Made by a program: the position numbers and the translations under genes. Of a stretch of 64,000 nucleotides of DNA, positions 48,488 through 58,483 are shown one piece after another (position 1 is the first letter of the stretch; each line of letters begins with the position of its first letter). Where the stretch lies: positions 162,657-226,656 of the forward strand of contig CAYOAM010000003.1 of the NCBI GenBank assembly GCA_964402035.1, read 5' to 3'. The notes below the pieces were generated by a model, which was not told the origin of the DNA, searched no databases, and saw only the letters and a program-made list of their open reading frames with translations. The stretch comes from an uncultured Candidatus Saccharibacteria bacterium. GTDB taxonomy: Bacteria; Patescibacteriota; Minisyncoccia; Phycocordibacterales; UBA918.

Positions 48488-49453
48488 ATGAAGTTCTATT
48501 TCTACAGTGGTACCCAATTCAGGAAATATGTATGCTGTTGGTTGCTTTTTGGTATTTTTTTGGTGGCCCCGCTAATATCTATTGCACAAACTGCTCCACT
48601 GCCACCTCCGCCAGCACCCTCTGTGGCAGCACAGCCGGCGTCAAAAGAGCCAGCATCTGTTACAACTGGTCCCGTTCAGAACCCTCCACTTCAAAAGTTT
48701 CAGCCACTCGCTGGGATACCTGGGGTTACTGATTCCTTGACTCTTGCCGGTTTGTTACAAAATCTGTATCGACTTGCTATCGTTATTGGGGCCCTTATTG
48801 CGGTCATAAAAATTACCCTCGCTGGATTTTCGTATATGAGCTCTGACTCAATCGGAAATAAGAGTAGCGCGAAGGATGACATCGCGTCATCGTTACTTGG
48901 TCTCGTTATCATCCTCGCTACGGTACTTATTTTGGAAACTATATTTGGCACCGTAAACTTTAATTTCCTTCAGAATGCAGAAACCGTGACGTTATCAGGG
49001 AGAGAAACGGTGGTCAGTAATCCAATTACTTCTTACGACATTAAACCTGAATATGGATGTAAACAACTGGAAGCGACAGGTAAAGAATGTCCATCCGGTA
49101 ACGTAGGAATCTTCACTAAGAGTGGTATGGGTTGTGCGCCAAGTGGTTCCGTCCCGCTAGTACCAGGACAATCCGAATTTAAATACATGGATGAATCCAC
49201 ATGCTGGAGTGATGAGACAAGGTTCGCTGGATATCGTCTCCAAACCAATGAGCTAAAAACACTCGACGGGTACATGAATATAAAAGAGAGTGATCTACCC
49301 TCAGGAATGACGATGGATAAGTACAGAAAGGAAAAATTAGAGCCTGCATGTAAAAGTATCAACCCAAGTGCAGTGGTGACCATGGAGTGGAGTAGAGCAA
49401 AGTATATTGTGACTGGAGATACTACGTACCACTTTACGTGTACCAGTAAATAA
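48488..49453 (+). CDS. VirB2/TrbC-pilin-like protein with Cys-rich C-terminal extension
   Basis: After the signal/TM comes 'LAGLLQNLYRLAIVIGALIAVIKITLAGFSYM' then a short loop then 'LLGLVIILATVLILETIFG', which is the two-helix T4SS pilin architecture. A ~180-aa C-terminal extension carries 8 Cys. Confidence 0.45.
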   Translation: MKFYFYSGTQFRKYVCCWLLFGIFLVAPLISIAQTAPLPPPPAPSVAAQPASKEPASVTTGPVQNPPLQKFQPLAGIPGVTDSLTLAGLLQNLYRLAIVIGALIAVIKITLAGFSYMSSDSIGNKSSAKDDIASSLLGLVIILATVLILETIFGTVNFNFLQNAETVTLSGRETVVSNPITSYDIKPEYGCKQLEATGKECPSGNVGIFTKSGMGCAPSGSVPLVPGQSEFKYMDESTCWSDETRFAGYRLQTNELKTLDGYMNIKESDLPSGMTMDKYRKEKLEPACKSINPSAVVTMEWSRAKYIVTGDTTYHFTCTSK

Positions 49454-49454
49454 T

Positions 49455-50651
49455 ATGAAAAACGCACTTATTATCGTCCTTATTGTCATCATCCTCATTC
49501 TCGGGGGGATTTGGGGGTACCTGTTTCTCAATGGGGCGCCAAAAAGTCTCTCTGACGTGGGAGATAATGTCTTTGGCACGAGTCCCGCGGTCGTCCCCGT
49601 TGCCACAGATACTGAGGTTACACCAGGTCCTGTCGATAGTGGCGCGAGCCGCACCGTAAAAACAGACGCAATTCTAGCGAAACTCACCACTCGTGCGGTC
49701 GCTGGAGCAATGATCAGCACCTCAAGCGTCGATACCTTCATCCGATACGCAGAAAAGGGCACCGGCTACATTTTTGAAATTGACCTAAAGACTGGTACCG
49801 AAATCCGCATCTCAAATAAAGTAATTGCGCGTGCAGTGGAGGCATATTGGTCACCAACCGGGAATCATGTCGTCTTTATAACAGACGCACAAGGAAAGAG
49901 GGACGAGACACTACTCGGGACGCTCAGCATCAAAAAAGATACAAAAGAAACCGTACTCGATACCGAATCAATAGCACAAGGATCTAATATTGCATTTACA
50001 CGAAATGGTAAAGAACTCCTCTACACAGAAACAAATCCGAGCGGTGGCACAACCTCATTTAGTCGCACTCTCGCAACGGGGGACACAAAAACGCTCTTCA
50101 CCGTACCTTTTGCGGAAAGTACCGTACTGTGGGACCTCTGGGGAACGAGTGCCCACTATGTCTATACAAAACCAGCGCTTGGTTTCAATGGCTATCTCTA
50201 CAAGGTCACCAAAGGCGGTCTTGAGAAAATAGACGAAGCATCAGCACTTTCTGCTGCACGACTCGGTACCAGCACTCTTATTATCAACAAAAATTCTGGT
50301 AAAGGTCCGTATAGCCTCCTTGTTGATACGGTAAAAAATAACGGCATTTTCTTGAATATTCAAACACTCTCCGAAAAATGTGCAAAGATTGGCATCTCAA
50401 TATGGTGCGGAAGTGATGCTGCAGCAAATAGCAACACATTCCCTATATCGTGGTATCAAGGAGAAGTATCCTACGCTGATCTTATTTGGAACGTCGACAG
50501 TATGACTGGGGAAGGGAGCATTGCTGTTGACCCTGAGGCATTTATACGCGAACAGATCGATGTGACAGACATGATGACGTCGGACGAGGGACCACTGATC
50601 TTTAGAAACAAGCGCGACGATACACTGTGGATCTTCAACCCACCTAAATAA
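49455..50651 (+). CDS. Hypothetical membrane-anchored protein with large extracytoplasmic domain
   Basis: N-terminal TM 'LIIVLIVIILILGGIWGYLFL' followed by a ~370-aa soluble region. Confidence 0.4.
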   Translation: MKNALIIVLIVIILILGGIWGYLFLNGAPKSLSDVGDNVFGTSPAVVPVATDTEVTPGPVDSGASRTVKTDAILAKLTTRAVAGAMISTSSVDTFIRYAEKGTGYIFEIDLKTGTEIRISNKVIARAVEAYWSPTGNHVVFITDAQGKRDETLLGTLSIKKDTKETVLDTESIAQGSNIAFTRNGKELLYTETNPSGGTTSFSRTLATGDTKTLFTVPFAESTVLWDLWGTSAHYVYTKPALGFNGYLYKVTKGGLEKIDEASALSAARLGTSTLIINKNSGKGPYSLLVDTVKNNGIFLNIQTLSEKCAKIGISIWCGSDAAANSNTFPISWYQGEVSYADLIWNVDSMTGEGSIAVDPEAFIREQIDVTDMMTSDEGPLIFRNKRDDTLWIFNPPK

Positions 50652-50801
50652 AACGCTTTAAAACCCGTACCTACTTTGTTGTCTACGTCACTTAGACCGC
50701 TCACCGTATAGAAAATACGGCTCGAGTCTTCGTTCCTTGACGTCTCGTAGCTACAGGTTTGTAAATGCGTTTTATCGAATTGTTAAGATTTGCCAGTAGA
50801 G

Positions 50802-51569
50802 TTATGCAACTTTTTCGGCGGTAACGTCCACTTCACGATGTCGATCAGGGATTTTGGCACGCACTACGTACTCTTGCGCAATAGACATCACATTGCTGAC
50901 GACAAAATAGAGCGCTACAGCGGCAGAAAAATAGTAAGCGGTAAAACCGATCATGACGGGCATAGCGTATTTCATCTGCAACTGCATGCTTTGCGTGAGA
51001 TCTTCCTTAAAGTTCGGCGTCGTGCCTGTCTTTTTCTTGATGGGTGGCAAGGACATATGACCAAAAATGTATTGTGAAATACCCGCAAGTAGGGCGAGCA
51101 CGATACTTTTTGAGCTCATATCAACAAGTCCTAAAAAGAGCATACTGATCGTTTCTGGGGCAGGGACAAAACTATACAAGAGCGCAGTATTAATACCGGG
51201 CAATTTAACACCACCGCCACTTGAGACCGCAAAATAGAGCGCAATGATGATCGGGATTTGAATCAGTGCGAAAAAAATACTCGCAAATGGGTTCACACCT
51301 GCAGATTTGTACGCAGCCATTGTCTGCCGTGCCAATTCTTCTTTCGCATCCTTGTACTTCTCCTTGATACGGGTGAGCTCAGGCTCTAGGAAACGCATAG
51401 CGTGCTGCGCGTGAGCCGCTTTGATCGAAATCGGAAGCATGATTATTTTAACTGCTATCGTGAGTAAAATAATCGCGATACCGACATCTGCATTCTGAAC
51501 ATGGCCCACAAGAAAGATAAGTCCGTTGTATATCGGATCAAAAAATACGCCGTGCCAAATGGTGCCCCA
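50802..51569 (-). CDS. yidC: Membrane protein insertase YidC/Oxa1 (short form)
   Basis: 'ILLTIAVKIIMLPISIKAAHAQHAMRFLEPELTRIKEKYKD' plus a conserved C-terminal TM bundle. The start was chosen at the internal Met to avoid overlap with rnpA. Confidence 0.85.
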   Translation of the reverse strand, partial: WGTIWHGVFFDPIYNGLIFLVGHVQNADVGIAIILLTIAVKIIMLPISIKAAHAQHAMRFLEPELTRIKEKYKDAKEELARQTMAAYKSAGVNPFASIFFALIQIPIIIALYFAVSSGGGVKLPGINTALLYSFVPAPETISMLFLGLVDMSSKSIVLALLAGISQYIFGHMSLPPIKKKTGTTPNFKEDLTQSMQLQMKYAMPVMIGFTAYYFSAAVALYFVVSNVMSIAQEYVVRAKIPDRHREVDVTAEKVA

Positions 51570-51591
51570 CATAATTAGTATGGTCGTTATT

Positions 51592-51936
51592 CTACCTCGA
51601 ATGTGACGTACGTGAAAGTAGTGATGATCGAACGTCACGAAGCGACTGCCGAACCGACACCATAGGATGCTGTTTTAATAGCGGCTGCACTAGGACGATA
51701 TATGTACCTCCACGTGGGTTTTCGCGCTCGATACCTGCCAAAAGACTATATATCTGGCGCCGTATTCGATTTCGAGTACTCGAAAGGAGGCTCACCTTTT
51801 TTGAAACCACGACTGAAACATGAAGGCTCGGTGACGGTTGATAGAGCATCGTAAAGCCGAGCCCAGAAGCACGCACTGAGCGCTTAAAAATTTTATTAAA
51901 CTCTTCCCGCCCCAGACGAGAACGTTTTGGCAGCAT
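51592..51936 (-). CDS. rnpA: Ribonuclease P protein component
   Basis: 114 aa, basic, 'LPKRSRL...F..VF...VRASGLGFTML', sitting between rpmH and yidC. Confidence 0.8.
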   Translation of the reverse strand: MLPKRSRLGREEFNKIFKRSVRASGLGFTMLYQPSPSLHVSVVVSKKVSLLSSTRNRIRRQIYSLLAGIERENPRGGTYIVLVQPLLKQHPMVSVRQSLRDVRSSLLSRTSHSR

Positions 51937-51937
51937 A

Positions 51938-52075
51938 TTACACCGCTAAGCGTGCACGCCCTTTTTGTCTTCGTCGACGCAAAAGCGCCTTACCTTGAGG
52001 TGTTGCAGTACGAGCCAAGAAACCGTGCGTGGTTGCACGCTTTCGTTTCTTCGGCTGATAGGTTCTCTTTGACAT
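51938..52075 (-). CDS. rpmH: 50S ribosomal protein L34
   Basis: Manually translated from the minus strand: [45 protein letters not shown]. It is below the ORF-track length cutoff. Confidence 0.9.
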   Translation of the reverse strand: MSKRTYQPKKRKRATTHGFLARTATPQGKALLRRRRQKGRARLAV

Positions 52076-52265
52076 ACCGGAAAGAGTACACTACTTTCTT
52101 TTGATTTTCAACTTGCCACAAAAAGGGGCTTGACGAAGTGCGTGTATACACGCTTTCAACAGGTTATACACATTATAATATTTATGTGGCGCAATCATTC
52201 ATTTTTTTTGTAATAGTTTACAGTTACTCATCGAAGAGTATAATGCTTTAGAAATTTAGCGCATT

Positions 52266-53645
52266 ATGAATGTCTCATCACACACTTCACTCCATGCGCT
52301 GCGCACTGAGCAGCTCGACACAAAACAATTGTGGGACAACACGCTCGTCAATATTGAGCTCTCGATATCGGCAGCAAATTTTAAAACGTGGTTTCGTGAT
52401 ACACATATCGCATCTTTTGAAGATGGCACCATCACCGTTGGTGTTCCGAGTGTTTTTGTTCGAGATTGGCTTTCTGACAAATTTCACGGACTGATTTTGA
52501 AGACCCTACGCGATCTTTCACACCATGTTCGCAGTGTCGAATACTTGGTCGTACAAAAAAGCGAGCGCAAGAGTGATCGCATAAAGCCGCAAACCATAAA
52601 TGCGTCGCTACCACTCGAAGAGTACTACATCAACAAGAGCGATAACCTCAATCCACGCTACACGTTTGATAATTTTGTTGTAGGTCCCTTTAATCAGCTG
52701 GCGCATGCTGCAGCACAGACCGTTGCGCGTGAGCCAGGCATCGCATACAACCCACTGTTTGTGTATGGACCAACAGGTCATGGCAAAACACACCTCATAC
52801 AGGCAGTGGGGAATCACCTCAAAAAACAAGGAAAGAAAGTGTTCTATGTCACGAGCGAGCGTTTTACTGTTGACTACATGAACGCGCTGCAAAACGGCAC
52901 CGCAAACAACTTTAAAGACAAATACCGTCAATACGATGCACTCATCATGGACGACGTACAATTTCTTTCGAATAAAGAAAAGACACAGGAAGAGCTTTTT
53001 CACCTTTTCAACTCTCTCCATGATAACAACAAACAGATTGTGTTTTCATCCGATGTGCACCCACGACTCATGAACAATATGGAAGAACGTCTCCAGTCAC
53101 GCTTTGCTCAGGGTATGATCGTCGATATCCCTAAAACCGACTACGAGTCACGTTTGGCAATATTACGTGCCAAAGCCGCACACAACAATATTGCGCTCAC
53201 CAATGATGTTGTAGAGCATTTGGCGGTCACTATCGAAGGAAACATCCGTGAGCTTGAGGGCGCACTCAACACCATCATGTGTCAGTCACAACTCTCGGGA
53301 CGCGCACTCGAACTCGATGAAGTTCGTGTGCTGATCAAAAATAGTACGCGTCCCCGAAAATCCCTTGCTGTTGCAGATGTTGTTGATAAGATTGCACGAT
53401 TTTTTGATATTGAATCAGCCAGCATTTATGAAAAAACACGTCGTAAAGAAGTGGTGAAGCCGCGACAACTCATTATGTATATTTTGCGAGAAGATTTCCA
53501 AATATCATATCCTGCGATTGGTCAAAAAATGGGCGGTCGTGATCACACTACCGTTATTCACTCCTGTGAAAAAATAAAACGTGACTTAAAACAAGACACA
53601 ACACTAGAAGAAGAGTTGGGGCAAATCCGCGCACTCTTAAAATAG
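52266..53645 (+). CDS. dnaA: Chromosomal replication initiator DnaA
   Basis: AAA+ region 'GPTGHGKTHL', 'LIMDDVQFL', and C-terminal domain IV 'VKPRQLIMYILRE...IGQKMGGRDHTTV'. Confidence 0.92.
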   Translation: MNVSSHTSLHALRTEQLDTKQLWDNTLVNIELSISAANFKTWFRDTHIASFEDGTITVGVPSVFVRDWLSDKFHGLILKTLRDLSHHVRSVEYLVVQKSERKSDRIKPQTINASLPLEEYYINKSDNLNPRYTFDNFVVGPFNQLAHAAAQTVAREPGIAYNPLFVYGPTGHGKTHLIQAVGNHLKKQGKKVFYVTSERFTVDYMNALQNGTANNFKDKYRQYDALIMDDVQFLSNKEKTQEELFHLFNSLHDNNKQIVFSSDVHPRLMNNMEERLQSRFAQGMIVDIPKTDYESRLAILRAKAAHNNIALTNDVVEHLAVTIEGNIRELEGALNTIMCQSQLSGRALELDEVRVLIKNSTRPRKSLAVADVVDKIARFFDIESASIYEKTRRKEVVKPRQLIMYILREDFQISYPAIGQKMGGRDHTTVIHSCEKIKRDLKQDTTLEEELGQIRALLK

Positions 53646-53901
53646 AGCTGTGTATATCCCTGTGTATGTTGTGCACATATCTACGGGGAAAAGATAGCGG
53701 AAAAGTTTTGTCGACGACCAAAAAAGAGGAGAGTTGTACACACGGAGTGATTTTGAAACATAAACGCAGGATAACTTTCACACAACTACCGAATAGATTG
53801 TGAATAAAAAATCCATAGTATAAAACATATTATTTAGAAATCCCCATATCAACAGGATTAATAGTAAAAATACTTTTTAAATAGAAAATTAAAGAAAAGT
53901 T
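53646..53901. promoter_or_regulatory. Candidate oriC / DNA-unwinding element (AT-rich dnaA-dnaN intergenic region)
   Basis: The stretch 53790-53900 is very AT-rich. Degenerate DnaA-box-like 9-mers occur here (ttgtacaca, tttcacaca). In the rpmH-dnaA spacer there is TTATACACA at 52164-52172. Confidence 0.4.
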
Positions 53902-55002
53902 ATGCACATAGAAATTAAAAAAGAAGTACTGATAAAAAAACTTTCTTTGGTGGCACGCATCGCCGCGAAGCATCTCACGCTACCAGTACTACAATGTGTG
54001 CGTATCGAAGCGGTTGCGGGAAAAATTACTTTCACCGGGACAAACTTGGAGTTAGGTATGACATTGTTGGTAGAGGGGACTGTACATGAAGATGGGGTTA
54101 TTGCGGTGCCAGGCGCATTATTACTCCAAACAGTGGAGCTTATCCAGGATGGTATTGTCTCTTTAAAAATGGAGAGTGATGTTTTGGTTGTTGTGTCTCG
54201 TGGTTCGCGTACAAAAATTAATACATTCTCGGTGGGGGAATTTCCCACTATCCCTCTTCTTGAGGGAAAAGCACAGCGTATAAACGCAAAGACATTCGCG
54301 CTCGGTATTCGCACCGTCTCATTTGCCACGTCACAATCCACCATTAAGCCAGAGTTGGGTAGTGTTGCGATTCAGCAACATAAAGAGCATAGCCTTACGT
54401 TTATTGCGACCGATTCATTTCGGCTTATTGAAAAAACGGTATCACAAGAACAATTGACGCTCGAAAGTCCTTTGTTGATTCCGCAAAAAAATGCGCTCGA
54501 GATTGCGCGTGTGCTGGAGCTTATGGAAGAAGGTCCAGAATGTATTATTGGAGAGGGGCAGATGGCATTTCGTTTTAATGATGGCACCTATCTCACTACA
54601 CGCCTCACAGAAGGCTCTTTCCCTGACTACACGCAGATTATCCCAAAAGAGTACGTAACGCATGTTACGGTGCTTACCGCTGATCTTGAACATGCGCTAA
54701 AGATGACGAATGTCTTTACCAATAAGTTTATGCAGGTAGGTTTCGAAATACAGGGAGCAGAAAAAGCACTAGTGCTTTCTTCTGATAGCGGTGAATCAGG
54801 GGCAGCGACGGAGCAGATTGCTGCAGTTATAGAAGGGGAGGATTTGAAATTAAGTTTTAATCAACGGTATGTCAGTGACCCTCTCTCGCATATGCCAGGA
54901 GAAAGTATCGTACTGCATTTTGCAGGCATCGGGAGGCCGATGGTGATGGAGGATGTGCGGGAGAAACATATACGGTATCTCGTGATGCCAATGAATAAAT
55001 AA
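53902..55002 (+). CDS. dnaN: DNA polymerase III beta sliding clamp
   Basis: 366 aa with a three-domain clamp pattern, located after dnaA. Confidence 0.85.
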   Translation: MHIEIKKEVLIKKLSLVARIAAKHLTLPVLQCVRIEAVAGKITFTGTNLELGMTLLVEGTVHEDGVIAVPGALLLQTVELIQDGIVSLKMESDVLVVVSRGSRTKINTFSVGEFPTIPLLEGKAQRINAKTFALGIRTVSFATSQSTIKPELGSVAIQQHKEHSLTFIATDSFRLIEKTVSQEQLTLESPLLIPQKNALEIARVLELMEEGPECIIGEGQMAFRFNDGTYLTTRLTEGSFPDYTQIIPKEYVTHVTVLTADLEHALKMTNVFTNKFMQVGFEIQGAEKALVLSSDSGESGAATEQIAAVIEGEDLKLSFNQRYVSDPLSHMPGESIVLHFAGIGRPMVMEDVREKHIRYLVMPMNK

Positions 55003-55003
55003 T

Positions 55004-55294
55004 ATGTCGCGTATGCGCGGAGAACACTTGCGCTCAGTTGGTGACCTGCTTCAGAAATATCGCACGCTTCGCGCGCCGCAGGGTACCGTCATCACTTCAT
55101 TTTTACTAGCGGTGCAGACGGTCTGCAAATTTGAGCTCAAAAAACATGCGGTCAAATACAATCCGCATGCAAAAGCAGTATTTCTCATCCTCGCTGGGCC
55201 AGCAAAGCATGAAATACTGCTGCACACAAATGAAATCTTGCAGTTTTGCGTGCGTGATATTGGTGCAGAGAATGCGCCGCGGTCTATTGGTTAG
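55004..55294 (+). CDS. Small DUF721/DciA-like protein (putative)
   Basis: 96-aa basic protein immediately after dnaN, the position usually occupied by DUF721. Called on sequence family and context only. Confidence 0.35.
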   Translation: MSRMRGEHLRSVGDLLQKYRTLRAPQGTVITSFLLAVQTVCKFELKKHAVKYNPHAKAVFLILAGPAKHEILLHTNEILQFCVRDIGAENAPRSIG

Positions 55295-57501
55295 TTTCTA
55301 TCGGTTTTTCGTGGGGGTTTTTCGTCTTTCTTTTCCTGATCTATGGTAGCTTCAAGGAGCGCTGTTTTCCAGAGTGAAACTGGATATTCCCATAGTTTAA
55401 ATTGTCCGTCACTGTAGGGGTCGGTGGGATTTGGACCCTGTGGGTCATCTTTTTTAACAAAGTAGAGAATTTCATGCGCATTTGCAATAGTGCTTTGCAT
55501 AGAAATTTCCGGCACATCATTACCTTCACTCACCAATGCTTCCGTATCAAACCAAATACCCCGGAGTACCGGCTTATAGTGTGCAGGAGTCGCTTCGGGT
55601 TGTGCAAATGTTTCAGTGGTTCGCTTTGTGAGGGCAAAATCCATAAATTCACGCCACATAGGGGACACAATAAAACCGGCTGTTTTTTTTGCCATGGAGC
55701 GGTTGTCATTGTTTCCTGCCCATGCTCCGACAGCAATCGTTGGTGTATAGCCTATGATCCATGTGTCACGGTAATCATTAGTGGTACCTGTTTTCACTGC
55801 GACGTCGCGACCAGGAAAATAGAGGGGAGAATTTGGGCCGAATGTTGGTGTTCGTGCGGCATTGTCGGAAAGTATGTCAGACATTTGGAGTGCAATCTGT
55901 CTCTCGAGGACGCGTCGAGCGGTTGGCTTGAGTTCCTCAACTACAGCTCCTGTGCTATCTTCAATACGAATAATACTTGCAAGATCTGAACGCTCACCCT
56001 CGTTTGCAAATACGCCATATGCGCCCACCATATCAAGAAGTCGTACTTCACCACCTCCCAAGACTAGTGTAAGACCATACCGTCCTTTATCGGTGAGTGT
56101 TGTAACGCCCAGATCTCGAGCAAGTTTGATTGAGGAATCAATACCTGCAAGGTAGAGGGCTTTTACTGCAGGAACATTGATTGACTGAGCAAGGGCATTA
56201 CGAAATGAAATAGGGCCGCGAAATGTATCATCGTAATTTGATGGTGCGTAACATTTGTCATCTGTTTCAAGATATGAAGGATCGCATGCCGTTGAGAATT
56301 GAGTCTTGAGGTCAAATACTACTGTTTCTGGCGTGTACCCTTTTTGGAAGGCAGCGGCGTAGACAAATGGCTTAAACGAAGATCCTGGCTGGCGTTCCGC
56401 AAGAGCAATATTATATTTACCGTCTATTTTCTTATCAAAGTAGTCGCGTGAACCCACCATAGTCAGTATTTCACCCGTTTTAGGATCAGTCGCAACGATG
56501 GCTGCATTTTCGGCATTGAATGTCTGTTCATTTTTAAGTGCCCAATCATGCACTGTCTGTTCTGCCTTTTCCTGTAATTCCCAATCGAGTGTCGTAATTA
56601 CTTTGAAACCTCGCTCTCCAAGAAGTTCCTCCCCGTAGGTACGTGCGAGATAGTCACGTACATAAAAAACAAAATGTGGTGCTTTAATACCAGTCGCCAC
56701 TTGCCCTTTAAACTCCGGTTTTTCAGCAATGGCTGCATCGTACTCTTCTTTGGTTATAAATTCTTTTGCTAGCATGCGCGAAAGGGTCAAGTCTTTTCTT
56801 GCATCAAGCGCTGCGCGGTTTGGTCCGTAGGGAGCTAGGTAGGTTGGCGCCTGGGGTAGTGAGGCAATATATGCAGCTTCTGCAAGTGTCACATCAGATG
56901 CAGATTTACCAAAAAAAGCCAAGCTTGCTTCCTCAACACCGTAAATAGTTCCCCCGTATGGTGATTCATTGAGATAGTGACCTAGGATTTCTTCCTTACT
57001 GAGTTCTCGTTCGAGCTTGAGTGCTAGTATCCATTCTTTCACTTTTCGGGTAACCGTTTTTTCTTGTTTGAGTATCGAGTTTTTTATTACTTGTTGGGTA
57101 ATGGTTGACCCTCCTTGGCCACCGAGGAGATTTCCACCCTGCATGTTCGCTAAAATTGCTCGTAAAATAGAAAAAGGGCGGATTCCTGCGTGCTCAAAAA
57201 ATGTATCATCTTCAATAGCAACGGTGGCGTTTTTAATGTGACGTGAAATTTGTTCGTACGGTATAATCGTTCGTTTTATGTCTTGATGGAGGTCATACAG
57301 CAGGATTTCTCCAGTGCGATCGTAGATCTTTGTTGATTGCAGGACACGCCGCTGATTGAATGCAGAAAGATCAGGTATTTCGAGAGTTGAGACCCAGAGG
57401 AGTAAGAGACCGCTACCGATAAGGCCTACGACAAAAAACAGTATCAGTGCATCGATACTCAGTCGCCAAAATCGTCCACGCCACTTACTTTTTGCTGGCA
57501 T
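55291..57501 (-). CDS. Class A penicillin-binding protein (PBP1A; transglycosylase plus transpeptidase)
   Basis: N-terminal TM, GT51 motifs ('EDDTFFEHAGIRP', 'GGSTITQQ'), and transpeptidase 'SSFKP' and 'KTGTT'. Confidence 0.9.
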   Translation of the reverse strand: MPAKSKWRGRFWRLSIDALILFFVVGLIGSGLLLLWVSTLEIPDLSAFNQRRVLQSTKIYDRTGEILLYDLHQDIKRTIIPYEQISRHIKNATVAIEDDTFFEHAGIRPFSILRAILANMQGGNLLGGQGGSTITQQVIKNSILKQEKTVTRKVKEWILALKLERELSKEEILGHYLNESPYGGTIYGVEEASLAFFGKSASDVTLAEAAYIASLPQAPTYLAPYGPNRAALDARKDLTLSRMLAKEFITKEEYDAAIAEKPEFKGQVATGIKAPHFVFYVRDYLARTYGEELLGERGFKVITTLDWELQEKAEQTVHDWALKNEQTFNAENAAIVATDPKTGEILTMVGSRDYFDKKIDGKYNIALAERQPGSSFKPFVYAAAFQKGYTPETVVFDLKTQFSTACDPSYLETDDKCYAPSNYDDTFRGPISFRNALAQSINVPAVKALYLAGIDSSIKLARDLGVTTLTDKGRYGLTLVLGGGEVRLLDMVGAYGVFANEGERSDLASIIRIEDSTGAVVEELKPTARRVLERQIALQMSDILSDNAARTPTFGPNSPLYFPGRDVAVKTGTTNDYRDTWIIGYTPTIAVGAWAGNNDNRSMAKKTAGFIVSPMWREFMDFALTKRTTETFAQPEATPAHYKPVLRGIWFDTEALVSEGNDVPEISMQSTIANAHEILYFVKKDDPQGPNPTDPYSDGQFKLWEYPVSLWKTALLEATIDQEKKDEKPPRKTDRN

Positions 57502-57680
57502 AGCAAAATACTACCATAATGACGTTTCAAATAGGATACGCCTTGAAAAATCTCGCTATGTGGTATGTAGAGGTGTGCAAAAAATCCTTAGATACGCGAC
57601 GTCAAGGAATGCAGACCCGAGGCAGTAAAACATGCTGGGAGCATGTTTTACGATCCTCTCAATACTATAAATCCGCCGAA

Positions 57681-57923
57681 TTACATTTCGTCAACATCGT
57701 CAAATGAATCATGCTCATCGTCGTCATCATCTTCAGCAAATGGGTCTTTTTCTTCAACTTCTTCTTCAAAAATAGCCGCAGGAATTTCCGTTTCAAGAGG
57801 TAGCGGAAGTTCAGCGTCAACGATCTCATCGTCCTCATCATCGCCTAGATCCACGGGAGCATCGACGTCCTTATCTTTTTCCTCATCCTCGTCCATGGTG
57901 TGTGCTATGTAAAGTTCAAACAT
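57681..57923 (-). CDS. Small highly acidic hypothetical protein
   Basis: 80 aa, more than 40% Asp/Glu. Confidence 0.35.
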   Translation of the reverse strand: MFELYIAHTMDEDEEKDKDVDAPVDLGDDEDDEIVDAELPLPLETEIPAAIFEEEVEEKDPFAEDDDDDEHDSFDDVDEM

Positions 57924-58008
57924 AATGTGTGCTGTATCTAATCTATGAGTTATTTCTACCAGAGTGTACGACTTATAAAAAACTTGTACATATGGTTTAT
58001 GTGGATAA

Positions 58009-58479
58009 TTATCTCTCGCGTGCGAGCGCTGTCATCGCAATCGCGATTGCATCATACTCATCATCCAAGGCGTCATGTCGTACGCTAGGAATGAGTTTTT
58101 GCACCATGCATGCTACCTGTTTTTTGTCACTTTTACCATACCCGGTTACCGCCACTTTTACTTCTTGTGGAGTGTACTCAAAAATACGGCAATGATGACA
58201 CTGTGCAAGGTATACCACTATGCCCCGTACTTCTGCAACCCCCATGGCGGTCCGTTGGTTTTTGTTGAAATAGAGACGTTCAAGAGCAACGGCAGTGGGT
58301 GTGTAGGTGGTGAGAATCTTCTCGAGTGCTGCACCCATTTTTTCTAGTCGAAATGATAGCGGATCTGCTTTATTGGTCGTAACGCATTCTGAGTGGAGCA
58401 AGATGCCGTTATGCGCATCTTTGTCCATGACGGCAACACCGAGACGGTCGTAGCCAGGGTCTATAGCGACGACGCGCAT
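58009..58479 (-). CDS. ruvC: Holliday junction resolvase RuvC
   Basis: 'MRVVAIDPGYDRLGVAV' start and RNase-H-like fold motifs. Start set at the internal Met at 58479. Confidence 0.85.
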   Translation of the reverse strand: MRVVAIDPGYDRLGVAVMDKDAHNGILLHSECVTTNKADPLSFRLEKMGAALEKILTTYTPTAVALERLYFNKNQRTAMGVAEVRGIVVYLAQCHHCRIFEYTPQEVKVAVTGYGKSDKKQVACMVQKLIPSVRHDALDDEYDAIAIAMTALARER

Positions 58480-58483
58480 GGTG

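Noticed and set aside
50802-51638. yidC starting at 51638, overlapping rnpA by 47 nt
   Set aside because: An internal Met at 51569 gives a non-overlapping start and removes an unconserved N-terminal extension. The longer start was kept only as an alternative.
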